A stretch of 64,000 bases of DNA, from the NCBI GenBank assembly GCA_002423965.1, contig DIOR01000006.1:21165-85164 (forward strand). Direction: 5' to 3'. Under the pieces are notes generated by a model, which made no database searches, was not told where the DNA came from, and worked only from the letters and a program-made list of their open reading frames with translations. Source of the stretch: Firmicutes bacterium UBA5509. Its GTDB lineage: Bacteria > Bacillota > Proteinivoracia > UBA4975. Every line of letters begins with the position of its first letter. The first letter of the stretch is position 1. The translations under genes were made by a program, and so were the position numbers. This document shows, in pieces, positions 27,305 to 36,811 of this stretch.

Positions 27305-28409
27305 TATCAGTTTCCACTGTCAATAGCACCCTGTAGATGAAGGGGCTTTGCTCAGAAAGGCTTTCAACTTCTTTATTGGTTATAACGGCGTAAGGGTTAA
27401 GCTGGGCATCGGCGGCAATAAGGGCCCGAAAACGGGCAAGTTCCTCTGCTTCCCCAGGGGAAAAGTTATTTGTCCGCCTGGTAACTTCCGAGTATAGACG
27501 GTGCCGCAACACAATGCAATCTCGAAAAACTTTAGTGGGTAACTCTTCTACCTCATAGTGTTCATAATTGGGCATCCTGGAAAGTGTAATTTTTTTTCCC
27601 CATAGCTCCAGTATATCCACTTTCCGCTGGTTGCCAGTGTAACTTTGCTCAATTTCCACTAAAGCAGCTTCACCATAACCCTCAATAAAGACCTTACCTT
27701 TTACCGAACCCGCGGCGTTGACTACTTGGTCTCCATCCCTGTACCCCGCAATAAGCACGTCACCTTTGGCTACAGTCATTCCTGGCTTGACTTTGGCGAT
27801 GCCTTTGAGCACCATCATTTCAAATATTATACCATCATACTCAGCAACTATGTCAATAACTGCCCCAAATTGCATGGGGTTGTATTTCTTTTCGACCAGA
27901 CTGATGACAACCTTAGTTCCTTTACGCTCTACAGCAACCCAGGCTATCTCGGGAAATTTTAAGTATAAGTTCTGTTCAATGTCATTTAGCTCTAGGTTAC
28001 GGACTTTCCCCCATTTGTACAGACCAAAATCCCCAATATACTCCACCAGCTCTTTACTATCTATCTTATCAGCACCCTTTAACTCAATATTCCATACTAG
28101 GCCCGACAAGTAGTAGATTGCCAGGCAAAAACAAAAAAAACCAAGCATCCAGAACTTCCTTCGCCATATCCTTCTTAGCCAGACCGAAAAACCACTTTCC
28201 CTAAGAATTTCCACTTTGAATTCTCTATCTTTTTCAAGGCCCCGCAACTGTTTCAAACCGTGAAAGTCTGTAGAAAAAATCACTGCGCTTCCTTGTTTCT
28301 CTATGTTCCAAATATTGATTGACTTGTTGGAAGCCTGGTTGATTAATTCTTCGGCCTGGAATCCTTGTACCCTGACCTTGACGCATCCTGCCTGCCTTCC
28401 CCCTTTCAC
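27270..28409 (-). CDS. yqfD: Sporulation protein YqfD
   Basis: Size, transmembrane segment after about 90 aa, and conserved position yqfC-yqfD-phoH. Confidence 0.75.
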   Translation of the reverse strand: MKGGRQAGCVKVRVQGFQAEELINQASNKSINIWNIEKQGSAVIFSTDFHGLKQLRGLEKDREFKVEILRESGFSVWLRRIWRRKFWMLGFFCFCLAIYYLSGLVWNIELKGADKIDSKELVEYIGDFGLYKWGKVRNLELNDIEQNLYLKFPEIAWVAVERKGTKVVISLVEKKYNPMQFGAVIDIVAEYDGIIFEMMVLKGIAKVKPGMTVAKGDVLIAGYRDGDQVVNAAGSVKGKVFIEGYGEAALVEIEQSYTGNQRKVDILELWGKKITLSRMPNYEHYEVEELPTKVFRDCIVLRHRLYSEVTRRTNNFSPGEAEELARFRALIAADAQLNPYAVITNKEVESLSEQSPFIYRVLLTVETDIGSEMVQIRGE

Positions 28410-28696
28410 TGCAATACCTCCAAATTAATATTTTTTATTACGCCCTCGATATATATCTCGTGGGTATATACCGTTCGCACCTGGAGTTCGGCCCCTGATA
28501 TCCTTACTTCTCCTCCCTGAACCTTAAGACGGATTAATTCCTTATCATAGAGGATGATACCCTTGTGATTTTCTACAAATAATTGGCGTCGACCCACTAC
28601 CGTCAAACGGAATGAATTTGCCACCAAATCTCGAGGGAGATCAAATATATCTGCAATTTTTTTCGATAGGGATTCTCTATTGCTCATAACAATCAC
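28406..28696 (-). CDS. yqfC: Sporulation protein YqfC
   Basis: 96 aa, upstream of and overlapping yqfD. Confidence 0.7.
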   Translation of the reverse strand: MIVMSNRESLSKKIADIFDLPRDLVANSFRLTVVGRRQLFVENHKGIILYDKELIRLKVQGGEVRISGAELQVRTVYTHEIYIEGVIKNINLEVLQ

Positions 28697-28734
28697 CTCC
28701 TTAAAAAATATGCCTCGGATACGAGAGGTATAAC

Positions 28735-28768
28735 AGCAAAAAAACAGAAGAACGGTAATTCTTCTGTT
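28735..28768 (-). terminator. Rho-independent terminator between the floA operon and yqfC
   Basis: Hairpin aacagaagaa-cggtaa-ttcttctgtt with U7 on the minus strand. Confidence 0.7.
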
Positions 28769-28782
28769 TCATATACCTAGAT

Positions 28783-29127
28783 TCAATTGTGGCGTCTCCC
28801 TCGCGGAGGCCCTAAGAGTTCAGCCATGATTACTCCCTGAACCACTGTGTCGGTAGTCAACCAACTTGGCCCGATCTCTTCTTCCTCGATGGTTACTGCT
28901 AAATTTTTGGGAGTCTGAAGATCTCGTTGCGGGGAAACTTTTGACCGAGATGGGGCTTCGGATGGAAATGTTGGCACCTGTTTTGCCGGTTCCCGCTGAA
29001 GCTCCGGAATGACCTGGGACAGTGTGCGTGAGGACTGCTGCCCGGAGGGATTTTTTTTCTGAGGCTGGGAAAAAGCCTGAATTATGCCCCAGATAATTGC
29101 AGCTGCAATCAGGAAAATAAATTCCAT
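28783..29127 (-). CDS. Small membrane-anchored proline-rich protein (YqfB-like position)
   Basis: N-terminal transmembrane helix and a Pro/Gln-rich linker. Located downstream of floA. Confidence 0.4.
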   Translation of the reverse strand: MEFIFLIAAAIIWGIIQAFSQPQKKNPSGQQSSRTLSQVIPELQREPAKQVPTFPSEAPSRSKVSPQRDLQTPKNLAVTIEEEEIGPSWLTTDTVVQGVIMAELLGPPRGRRHN

Positions 29128-29131
29128 ATTA

Positions 29132-30121
29132 CTACTTCTTGTTATCCTTTTCGGGACCCTTGGTTACTTTGCCGATAGTCTCACGCATTTGGGTGTCGGC
29201 CATGATGTTTTGCATATTGTAAAAATCCATTGCCCCCATATTGCCTTCCCTAAGAGCAGTAGCCAGGGCCTTGGGCACGTCTGCTTCGGCCTCAACAACC
29301 TTGGCCCGCATCTCTTGAACCATGGCCTTCATCTCCTGCTCTTTGGCCACAGCCATTGCCCGGCGTTCTTCTGCCTTGGCCTGGGCAATGCGCTTGTCAG
29401 CTTCTGCCTGGTCGGTCTGAAGCTGGGCACCGATATTTTTCCCAACGTCTATGTCGGCAATATCAATTGAGAGAATCTGAAAAGCTGTGCCGGAATCCAG
29501 TGACCTGGCTAATACAGTTTTAGAGATATTGTCGGGGTTTTCTAGGACGTCGGAATGGGAAGTAGCAGAGCCGATAGTGGTGACTATACCTTCTCCTACC
29601 CGAGCGATAATAGTTTCTTCGCCTGCACCGCCTACCAAACGGTCGATATTGGCCCGGACGGTGACTTTTGCCTTAGCTTTAAGTTCAATGCCATCCTTTG
29701 CTACGGCGGCAATTATAGGTGTTTCAATGACCTTGGGGTTGACGCTCATTTGGACAGCTGTAAGCACGTCCCGTCCCGCTAAGTCGATGGCTGCACCCCG
29801 GGAGAAAGGCAAATCGATATCTGCCCTTTGAGCTGCGATTAAGGCATTGACCACACGGTCAACATTGCCACCGGCAAGATAATGGCTTTCTAGCTGATTA
29901 GTATCTAATTCCAAACCAGCTTTGGTAGCCTTAATTAAGGGATTGATAATTCTAGCCGGGATAACCCGTCGAATGCGCATCCCCACAAGGTTAAAGAGTC
30001 CGACCTTGACTCCAGCTGCCATAGCGGAGATCCAGAGGCCAATGGGCACAAAGCTAAAAAATACAGCGAGGAATAAGACTCCAATGGTAACAATAATGAA
30101 AATAAGCAATACCGGATCCAC
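29132..30121 (-). CDS. floA: Flotillin-like protein FloA (YqfA, UPF0365)
   Basis: N-terminal hairpin membrane anchor plus SPFH domain. [33 protein letters not shown] is typical of FloA. Confidence 0.85.
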   Translation of the reverse strand: MDPVLLIFIIVTIGVLFLAVFFSFVPIGLWISAMAAGVKVGLFNLVGMRIRRVIPARIINPLIKATKAGLELDTNQLESHYLAGGNVDRVVNALIAAQRADIDLPFSRGAAIDLAGRDVLTAVQMSVNPKVIETPIIAAVAKDGIELKAKAKVTVRANIDRLVGGAGEETIIARVGEGIVTTIGSATSHSDVLENPDNISKTVLARSLDSGTAFQILSIDIADIDVGKNIGAQLQTDQAEADKRIAQAKAEERRAMAVAKEQEMKAMVQEMRAKVVEAEADVPKALATALREGNMGAMDFYNMQNIMADTQMRETIGKVTKGPEKDNKK

Positions 30122-30134
30122 TAATAATCAACTC

Positions 30135-31448
30135 CTAATATTTTTTTTCGGCTACGACAACCGACCCGCTACTAAAACCGGTAACAATTACTTCGGTACC
30201 TGTAGCAATGTAGACACCCTCAGTTATGGCGTCCAATCTAATGCCATCTGCGACCTGGACTATTCCGCTGGGGCGCAGGGGAGTTACTGCCACACCCTGG
30301 GCTCCCAAGTAATCACTGAGATCTTTTGGTCCAACATAACCACGTTCTTTTGTCTCGGAATCGCTGAGGATCAGCTTACTCCATAGTGAACTTTTCTTCA
30401 GGAAGCGAAAGGCCACTAGGATAATGACTATCGACAAAAGAAGAGCAAACCCTAGGGTCAGTAGTCCTTGACTTAAACTAGCAGAGGACAAGACAACACT
30501 CAGGGCCACACAGAGAAGACCGCTGGCACCTAAGAGACCAAAGCCGGCGGTAAAGACTTCCGCCCCAAGGAGAACAATTCCCAAGACAAAAACCAGGATA
30601 TATTCCACCCGGGCAAATCCAGCGAAAACACTTCCGCCAAAGTACAGGGCAAAGGCCAGTATAGAAATTACTCCCGCTACCCCAAAACCAGCGGTGAAGA
30701 TTTCAATGACTAGGGCAGCTAAGCCGATGGCCAGCAGCACACCTCCAACATAGGGGTTACCGAGAAATCGGCCTACGCCAATGGACCAAGGTTCTTCATA
30801 GGTTATATATTCTGGCGCCGAGATTCCTGTCATAGTAGGTATTTCCTCTAATTTAGAGGCAAGTCCTTCGGAGTACCCAACTTCTACTGCCATTTTCGCT
30901 GTCAGAGTTAAGAGTTTGCCCGCCTCAATTACATCTGGTATTGCAATGTCTTTGCGGACCATTGCCGAAGCAATTTGTGGATCTCGTCCCTGGCGTTCAG
31001 CCATTGAACGCAACTGTCCCTCGATTACCGAGAGGGTTTTTTCATCGGTTACAGGCTCATTTCCATAGACTGGTTCCACTGCTCCCAAGGTTGCCCCCGG
31101 ATGCATGTATATGCGATCACAGGCAAGAGCTGCATATGTGCCGCCAGAAATAGCCTTTTTGACATAGGCATAGACGGGAATTGAAGAAGCCTCGATAATA
31201 GTCTTGACGCGATCCGATGCGTTGACCAGGCCGCCGTAAGTATCAATTTCCAGGATAATAAGCTGTGCACCCTCCTGAGATGCATCGGCGAAAGCCAGCT
31301 TCATAGATGAAGCTAGGGCAGAGTTTATGTCCCCTTCTAAGGGAATGACAAAAACAGGGCCTTGACCTTGGGCTAGGACCGGGGAAAGAAGTGATAATCC
31401 CAACATTATTAAGGCAACTGCGGCGATTATTCTATATCTACCAACCAC
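30135..31448 (-). CDS. NfeD-family membrane-bound ClpP-class serine protease (YqeZ)
   Basis: Signal peptide, ClpP-like domain, central transmembrane segments, C-terminal OB domain. Partner of FloA. Confidence 0.85.
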   Translation of the reverse strand: MVGRYRIIAAVALIMLGLSLLSPVLAQGQGPVFVIPLEGDINSALASSMKLAFADASQEGAQLIILEIDTYGGLVNASDRVKTIIEASSIPVYAYVKKAISGGTYAALACDRIYMHPGATLGAVEPVYGNEPVTDEKTLSVIEGQLRSMAERQGRDPQIASAMVRKDIAIPDVIEAGKLLTLTAKMAVEVGYSEGLASKLEEIPTMTGISAPEYITYEEPWSIGVGRFLGNPYVGGVLLAIGLAALVIEIFTAGFGVAGVISILAFALYFGGSVFAGFARVEYILVFVLGIVLLGAEVFTAGFGLLGASGLLCVALSVVLSSASLSQGLLTLGFALLLSIVIILVAFRFLKKSSLWSKLILSDSETKERGYVGPKDLSDYLGAQGVAVTPLRPSGIVQVADGIRLDAITEGVYIATGTEVIVTGFSSGSVVVAEKKY

Positions 31449-31509
31449 TATTCCACCTCCTATAAACTTTATTCTACATTATTATTGATTATCCCTGCAA
31501 ATATATTAT

Positions 31510-31529
31510 AACCGGCCTAGAGGCCGGTT
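31510..31529 (-). terminator. Hairpin, probably a terminator after rpsU
   Basis: aaccggcc-taga-ggccggtt perfect hairpin, followed on the minus strand only by an AU-rich tract. Confidence 0.4.
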
Positions 31530-31578
31530 AAAGAAAACGATTTTGGGGTTGATGTCCATACTTACTTGCTGCGGCAAT

Positions 31579-31758
31579 TTAGAATCTTTTCTTTTTACGC
31601 CGGGCAGCTTCTGATTTTTTCTTACGCTTGACACTGGGTTTTTCGTAATGCTCACGCTTACGTACTTCAGAGAGAACACCAGAACGCTGACACTGGCGCT
31701 TAAACCGGCGCAGGGCATTATCAAGAGATTCATTTTTGCCTACTTTAACTTCGGACAT
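31579..31758 (-). CDS. rpsU: 30S ribosomal protein S21
   Basis: Hand translation gives [59 protein letters not shown] (59 aa). It is absent from the ORF track because it falls below the length cutoff. Confidence 0.95.
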   Translation of the reverse strand: MSEVKVGKNESLDNALRRFKRQCQRSGVLSEVRKREHYEKPSVKRKKKSEAARRKKKRF

Positions 31759-31840
31759 ACCTGTCTACCCTCCCCTCACAACAAAGGACACTAATGCACA
31801 AATTAAATTATAACCTTCAGATGCTATTTCTGTCAATGAT

Positions 31841-32185
31841 TTAACCTGGCGGCCACTGGAGTTCTCTGCCAGCCAAGAGGTGAAAGTGGAGATGGTTGAC
31901 AGTCTGCCCTCCATCAGGACCAGTATTGATCACTACTCGAAACCCCCTACTTCCGCCAATTTTTTGGCCTAAGTCTGCACATTTTGCTAAAAGGGTTGTT
32001 AATAGCTGGGGGGATTTTTCTGCAGCTTCAGCTAAATCGGCGTAGTGTTTTACCGGCAAAATCAGGAGATGAGTTGGTGCATGGGGATTAGCATCTTTAA
32101 GGACGACAATTTCTTGATCTATGTAGAATATTTCTGAATCAAGTTCTCCAGCGGCGATTTTACAAAATACACAGTCCAAACTCAT
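31841..32185 (-). CDS. HIT-family (histidine triad) protein
   Basis: HLHFHLL histidine triad. AGGAGG ribosome-binding site. Confidence 0.9.
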   Translation of the reverse strand: MSLDCVFCKIAAGELDSEIFYIDQEIVVLKDANPHAPTHLLILPVKHYADLAEAAEKSPQLLTTLLAKCADLGQKIGGSRGFRVVINTGPDGGQTVNHLHFHLLAGRELQWPPG

Positions 32186-32256
32186 TCACCTCCTAATTGT
32201 TATTTCAACATATGTTCCCCAAATCCTGCAAAAATAAAAACGCCCCTGTGGGAGCG

Positions 32257-32706
32257 CTATTTTTTTCCGCTGGCCTCAACCACCAAAAATTGTGGGTTTG
32301 CCTTTGTGGTCAAATTGTTTTTATCAAAGAGAACCACTTGACAATTTTGTTTATCAGGGATAATAGTCAGCTCGACATTTTCCCCTACTTCCTTTGTAGA
32401 GATCAACTGACAATTGACAAGAAATACAGCCACCTCAGCAGTAGGGTCAAAGACATGGTCCGTTAGTTCCAGGCCAAGGGCATTATGAATGGCAACCCAG
32501 TCATCTAGGTCTGTTGCCACCGAGCAGCGCACCTCACCTGATTGGGAAGCCTGGACCAAAGTCTTATATGGAACCGAATTGGGGTAAGTTGTAACCGGCT
32601 CAACGGGAGAAGACAGTCCGTCATAAATTGATACTGCCACAAGAAGCAAAAAGAGCACAGCGATAGGCAAGAGGCGACGGGCTTCGACCACAACCAACTT
32701 GGTCAT
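32257..32706 (-). CDS. Hypothetical membrane-anchored protein
   Basis: N-terminal transmembrane helix. No known motif. Terminator hairpin directly downstream. Confidence 0.4.
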   Translation of the reverse strand: MTKLVVVEARRLLPIAVLFLLLVAVSIYDGLSSPVEPVTTYPNSVPYKTLVQASQSGEVRCSVATDLDDWVAIHNALGLELTDHVFDPTAEVAVFLVNCQLISTKEVGENVELTIIPDKQNCQVVLFDKNNLTTKANPQFLVVEASGKK

Positions 32707-32760
32707 ATATATACCTCCTGATTCTATGAATGTCTATATATATGACTATTGTCACTGGGT

Positions 32761-34062
32761 TTAGACCAAGGGCCGAGCCAGTAATTCACTTCCCCAACGC
32801 CCGGTGACCTCGACTCTTACTATATTCCCGGAACTGGAATTAGTCGAACAGTGAATGCGCATATATCTTTGCCCATAACCCATCCACTCTCCCGGACGCG
32901 GGCTTGGTTCTTCGATAAGCAAATCCTCTTGAACACCTATTAGTTGATCGGCAAAATCCTCAGCCAGCTCCTTGCCTAGATTAATCAGTGCTTGGCTACG
33001 TCTGCCGGCAATCTCAGGGTGCACCTGGTCTGGAAAAGAAGCGGCGGGAGTCCCTTTCCGTTTAGAATAGCGAAAGACATGGAGACGGGAAAAGGATACT
33101 TGTCTTACCAGATCGAGGGTTTCCTGGAATTCAGCATCTGTCTCTCCAGGGAAACCTACGATTATATCGGTGGAAAAGGAGGGACGGTCAAACCGTCTCT
33201 TGAGAGTGTCAGTCAGGGCCAAGAATTCAGCTACAGAATATTTGCGCCCCATCCTTCTAAGAACACTATTACTGCCACTTTGCAGGGGGATATGAAAGTC
33301 CTTGCATACATTAGCGTTGGCTGCGATTGCCCTGATGAGATCTTCTTCAAAGTCTGTAGGCTCCACAGAGCTAATGCGAATCCGCACAGGAAAGATTGCC
33401 TTAGCTAAAGAGTCTATTACTGTCGCCAGGCTAATTCCGCCACCACTTTTATCCCTGCCGTAGGAAGTAAGGTTAATTCCGGTAAGGACGATTTCCATAA
33501 AACCAGCAGCGGCTAATTCTCTGCCCTTTGCCATAACTTGAGCTAAGTCCATGCTGCGCAGTCTACCGCGGGCTTTGGGGATAATGCAGTATGTGCAATA
33601 TCTTTGGCAGCCATCCTGAATCTTTAGAGTGGCCCTGTTCCTGCCCTTAAAAGCGGAAACCGGCAACTGGGAAAATTCCCTTAAGTCATCAACGACGATA
33701 CGCTGTTCTTCGGTGCCTAAGGCTGCATCAACTAAGGACACGATTGCTGGTTTATGACTGTTCCCTACTATTAAATCCACTTCCTTGATACTTGCCAATT
33801 CCTCAGGAGCCACTTGGGGATAACAGCCAACAGCCACAACAAGGGCGTCACCGTTTCTGCCCTTGGCCTGGCGCAGCATCTGTCTTGATTTCCGGCTACC
33901 TAAATGGGTGACGGTACAGGTATTGACAATATAGACGTCAGCCTGGTCATCGAAACTTACGATGTCATAACCGGCCTCTGAAAAGAGCATTTCCATGCCG
34001 GCAGTTTCATCTTGATTAACTTTGCAGCCCAAGGTACTAAAGGCAACTTTAATTTTTATCAC
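32761..34062 (-). CDS. mtaB: tRNA (t6A37) methylthiotransferase MtaB (YqeV)
   Basis: MiaB-like N-terminal domain, radical SAM CQRYCTYC, TRAM domain. Synteny with rsmE-prmA. Confidence 0.85.
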   Translation of the reverse strand: MIKIKVAFSTLGCKVNQDETAGMEMLFSEAGYDIVSFDDQADVYIVNTCTVTHLGSRKSRQMLRQAKGRNGDALVVAVGCYPQVAPEELASIKEVDLIVGNSHKPAIVSLVDAALGTEEQRIVVDDLREFSQLPVSAFKGRNRATLKIQDGCQRYCTYCIIPKARGRLRSMDLAQVMAKGRELAAAGFMEIVLTGINLTSYGRDKSGGGISLATVIDSLAKAIFPVRIRISSVEPTDFEEDLIRAIAANANVCKDFHIPLQSGSNSVLRRMGRKYSVAEFLALTDTLKRRFDRPSFSTDIIVGFPGETDAEFQETLDLVRQVSFSRLHVFRYSKRKGTPAASFPDQVHPEIAGRRSQALINLGKELAEDFADQLIGVQEDLLIEEPSPRPGEWMGYGQRYMRIHCSTNSSSGNIVRVEVTGRWGSELLARPLV

Positions 34063-34796
34063 CCCATCGCGCCCCCGGCGAACATAACACAGGTAAGCAT
34101 CGCTATTGCAGCGGTCTCCGCCCGGAGTATCCTAGGACCCAAGGAGACTGCAGTCCAGCCCGCACTTTTTAACAAATCTGCCTCTTGAACCGCCAGCCCA
34201 CCTTCAGGGCCTGTCAGCAGAGACAGTCTTTGTTTGGGATGGGCGCTGAGCCGGCCTTCCAGGCCCAGATTCACCTCTTCTTCCCAGGCAAAGAGGCCTG
34301 GTCCTCCTTGGGCAACTTCCTCAAGGGTAATTATACCCCTGACAGACGGAACCACATGGCGCCTGCATTGTTCAGTTGCCTCCTGGGCAATTTTTTCCCA
34401 GCGGGAAATTTTCTTTTCTAGGTTTCCCGCCTTCACTACTGCCCGTTTTGCAGCATAAAGGACTATGCCGGAAACACCTAATTCTACAGACTTTTGAACA
34501 ACCCAATCTAGCTTATCCCCTTTGAGCAGTGGGAGAAAAAGTGAAACTGCGAAATCAGGCTCATTATCGGCTTCGTTCCTTTGATAAAGAACCACCCCTT
34601 TGCCAGCGGAGGCTTCTAAACAAAGGACAAAGGCCTTGCCGTCCTGGTCCAGCCCAATAAATTGCTCCCCTTCCCTCATGCGCAAAACATTGACAAGGTA
34701 ATGGTGCTGTTCCCGGGTTAATTCTATTGTGGAACCAGGAACCAAGGGGTATGCCAAGACAACCCTGCGCAAATTACTGGGCCTCCAGGGTAACAC
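34059..34796 (-). CDS. rsmE: 16S rRNA (uracil1498-N3)-methyltransferase
   Basis: PUA-like N-terminus plus SPOUT C-terminal domain. Position yqeU. Confidence 0.85.
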   Translation of the reverse strand: MLPWRPSNLRRVVLAYPLVPGSTIELTREQHHYLVNVLRMREGEQFIGLDQDGKAFVLCLEASAGKGVVLYQRNEADNEPDFAVSLFLPLLKGDKLDWVVQKSVELGVSGIVLYAAKRAVVKAGNLEKKISRWEKIAQEATEQCRRHVVPSVRGIITLEEVAQGGPGLFAWEEEVNLGLEGRLSAHPKQRLSLLTGPEGGLAVQEADLLKSAGWTAVSLGPRILRAETAAIAMLTCVMFAGGAMG

Positions 34797-35616
34797 AGAC
34801 CCAACCTTCTTGTATTTGACAGCGGGCGATTAAGCCCCCATAGGCGCCCTCAAACTCCGCCAGTCTTTCTTGGGGAAAGCCACTAAGGATTAGTGTACAG
34901 TCTTTTCCCTGTCGAAATATATCTGCCAGACGGGAGCAGGCATTATAGCCGATATTAGCTACAACTAAATCATGGTCGCTATTGGCAAATTCGGCAAAGG
35001 CATCCCCTAGCAGTTGATGGACATTGCACTTATTAATCTGGGCGTTTTCTTGAGCCACTTTCACCGCTACTGGGTCATTGTCCACAGCATCTACCCTTGT
35101 TGCCCCGGTCTTTGCAGCGACAATAGAGAGAATCCCAGATCCCGAGCCCAAATCCAGTACTCGCTTGCCAGGTGCCCTGGAGGCAATCTCCCCCACACAC
35201 ATCTTGGTTGTAGCATGGTCGCCGGTGCCAAATGCCATTCCAGGATCCAACTCTATTGCTACTTTTCCGGGGGCGGCGGAGGGCTCAAGCCAGGAAGGGT
35301 AAATATGAATATTGCCGATATCCACTGGGCGGCAGTGCTTTTTCCATTCTTCAGCCCAATCTTGCTCAGGAACATTTTTTATGCTGACAAAAGACTTAGC
35401 TGTCAGGTTCATGTCTTCCAAGCAACTTAAGAATTCTTCTAATTTGGAAAGAAAGGCTTGGGCCTCTTCCCCTGCAGGATAGTATGCAGTAACATTGCTG
35501 GTATTACTATCTTTTTTTTCAATAACCACTCCGCCAGCACCAGACTCATGAATAAAGTTAGCTACTGCTTCAACAGCTTGGTGGTCGATGGCAATCGAAA
35601 ACTCTGTCCAGTCCAT
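34774..35616 (-). CDS. prmA: Ribosomal protein L11 methyltransferase
   Basis: AdoMet motif VLDLGSGSGILSI. Position downstream of dnaJ. Confidence 0.9.
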   Translation of the reverse strand: MDWTEFSIAIDHQAVEAVANFIHESGAGGVVIEKKDSNTSNVTAYYPAGEEAQAFLSKLEEFLSCLEDMNLTAKSFVSIKNVPEQDWAEEWKKHCRPVDIGNIHIYPSWLEPSAAPGKVAIELDPGMAFGTGDHATTKMCVGEIASRAPGKRVLDLGSGSGILSIVAAKTGATRVDAVDNDPVAVKVAQENAQINKCNVHQLLGDAFAEFANSDHDLVVANIGYNACSRLADIFRQGKDCTLILSGFPQERLAEFEGAYGGLIARCQIQEGWVCVTLEAQ

Positions 35617-35618
35617 TA

Positions 35619-36755
35619 TTACCTCCCGCCAAATACTCTTTTTAAGCGAGCGGCCAGGCTGTTGTCAATATTTTCAACAGTCTCGCCGGAAGCTTTTGCG
35701 TATTTGCGCAATGCGTCTTTTTGCTCCGGGGTCAGACGCTTGGGAACTTCGATTTCCACAGTGATAATCTGATCCCCCCGCCCTCCCCGGTTGAGGTTAG
35801 GTACTCCTTTGCCATTAAAGCGGAAAATGGTACCAGATTCTGTTCCCCCTGGCACCTGTAGTCTCTTGGTACCGTCAATGGTGGGAATATCCAGCTCCAC
35901 CCCCATGGCGGCCTGGGCAAGGCCAATGGGCACTTTCAAATGAATATGCTGCCCCTTGCGTTCAAAGTATTCATGCTTGCCTACAGCAATGTGTATATAG
36001 AGATCGCCTGGGGGTGCACCGTTGCTCCCGGCATGGCCTGCCCCGGACACCCGTAAGCGGGTGCCGGTATCCACTCCAGGGGGGATGTTGATCTTTTTTC
36101 TTGTATTGGCTTCCACCCGTCCTTGCCCCCTGCAGTTGGCACAGGACTGTAAAATCTCTGTGCCTGTGCCGTTGCATTTCGGGCATACTCGGGGTTGAAC
36201 AATGCGGCCTAAAATTGTGTTCTGCACCGTCTGAATGCGGCCGCTACCTTGACATTGGGAGCATTGGCGGCGTTCAGTGCCGTTTTTTGCCCCAGTTCCC
36301 TGGCACTCCTCACAGGTCGCCATCACCCTGGCGGCCACTTCCTTTTCGGCGCCAAAGATAGCTTCTTCAAAAGTCAGGGATATATTGACACTGACATCTG
36401 CCCCTTGGCGGGAGCGGGTCTGAGAACTGCTGCGACCAAATCCGTCGCCAAACATAGTTTCAAAGATGTCACCAAAATTAAAACCATAACCTCCGTCCCC
36501 AAAACCGTTAAAACCACCGGCACCAGGTTGTTCATCTCCAGTAAAGCCAAAACTGTCATACTGTTGGCGCTTGCCGGGATCACTGAGGATGTCATAGGCT
36601 TTTTTTACTTCTTTGAACTTTTCCTCAGCTGAATTATCATTGGGATTATGATCAGGGTGGTACTTTCTCGCCAAATTGCGATAGGCTTTTTTTACTTCAT
36701 CTGGGGTGGCTTCTTTGCCAACACCCAGGGTCGAATAGGGATCAAATCCAGCCAC
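35619..36755 (-). CDS. dnaJ: Chaperone DnaJ
   Basis: J domain (HPD), G/F region, four CxxCxGxG zinc repeats. Confidence 0.95.
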   Translation of the reverse strand: MAGFDPYSTLGVGKEATPDEVKKAYRNLARKYHPDHNPNDNSAEEKFKEVKKAYDILSDPGKRQQYDSFGFTGDEQPGAGGFNGFGDGGYGFNFGDIFETMFGDGFGRSSSQTRSRQGADVSVNISLTFEEAIFGAEKEVAARVMATCEECQGTGAKNGTERRQCSQCQGSGRIQTVQNTILGRIVQPRVCPKCNGTGTEILQSCANCRGQGRVEANTRKKINIPPGVDTGTRLRVSGAGHAGSNGAPPGDLYIHIAVGKHEYFERKGQHIHLKVPIGLAQAAMGVELDIPTIDGTKRLQVPGGTESGTIFRFNGKGVPNLNRGGRGDQIITVEIEVPKRLTPEQKDALRKYAKASGETVENIDNSLAARLKRVFGGR

Positions 36756-36773
36756 AGGCCTTCACCTCCGCGG

Positions 36774-36803
36774 AAAAAGTCAAAGCTTTTACCCAGCTTT
36801 GAC
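36774..36803 (-). terminator. Intra-operon hairpin/attenuator between dnaK and dnaJ
   Basis: Perfect 8-bp inverted repeat gtcaaagc-N9-gctttgac, followed on the minus strand by U5. dnaJ ribosome-binding site GGAGGTGAAGG. Confidence 0.55.
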
Positions 36804-36811
36804 CTTCAGGG

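Noticed and set aside
31506-31733. 75-aa minus-strand ORF in the rpsU region
   Set aside because: It is a different frame of the same strand as a perfect S21 coding sequence and has no homology, so it is an artefact of the length cutoff.
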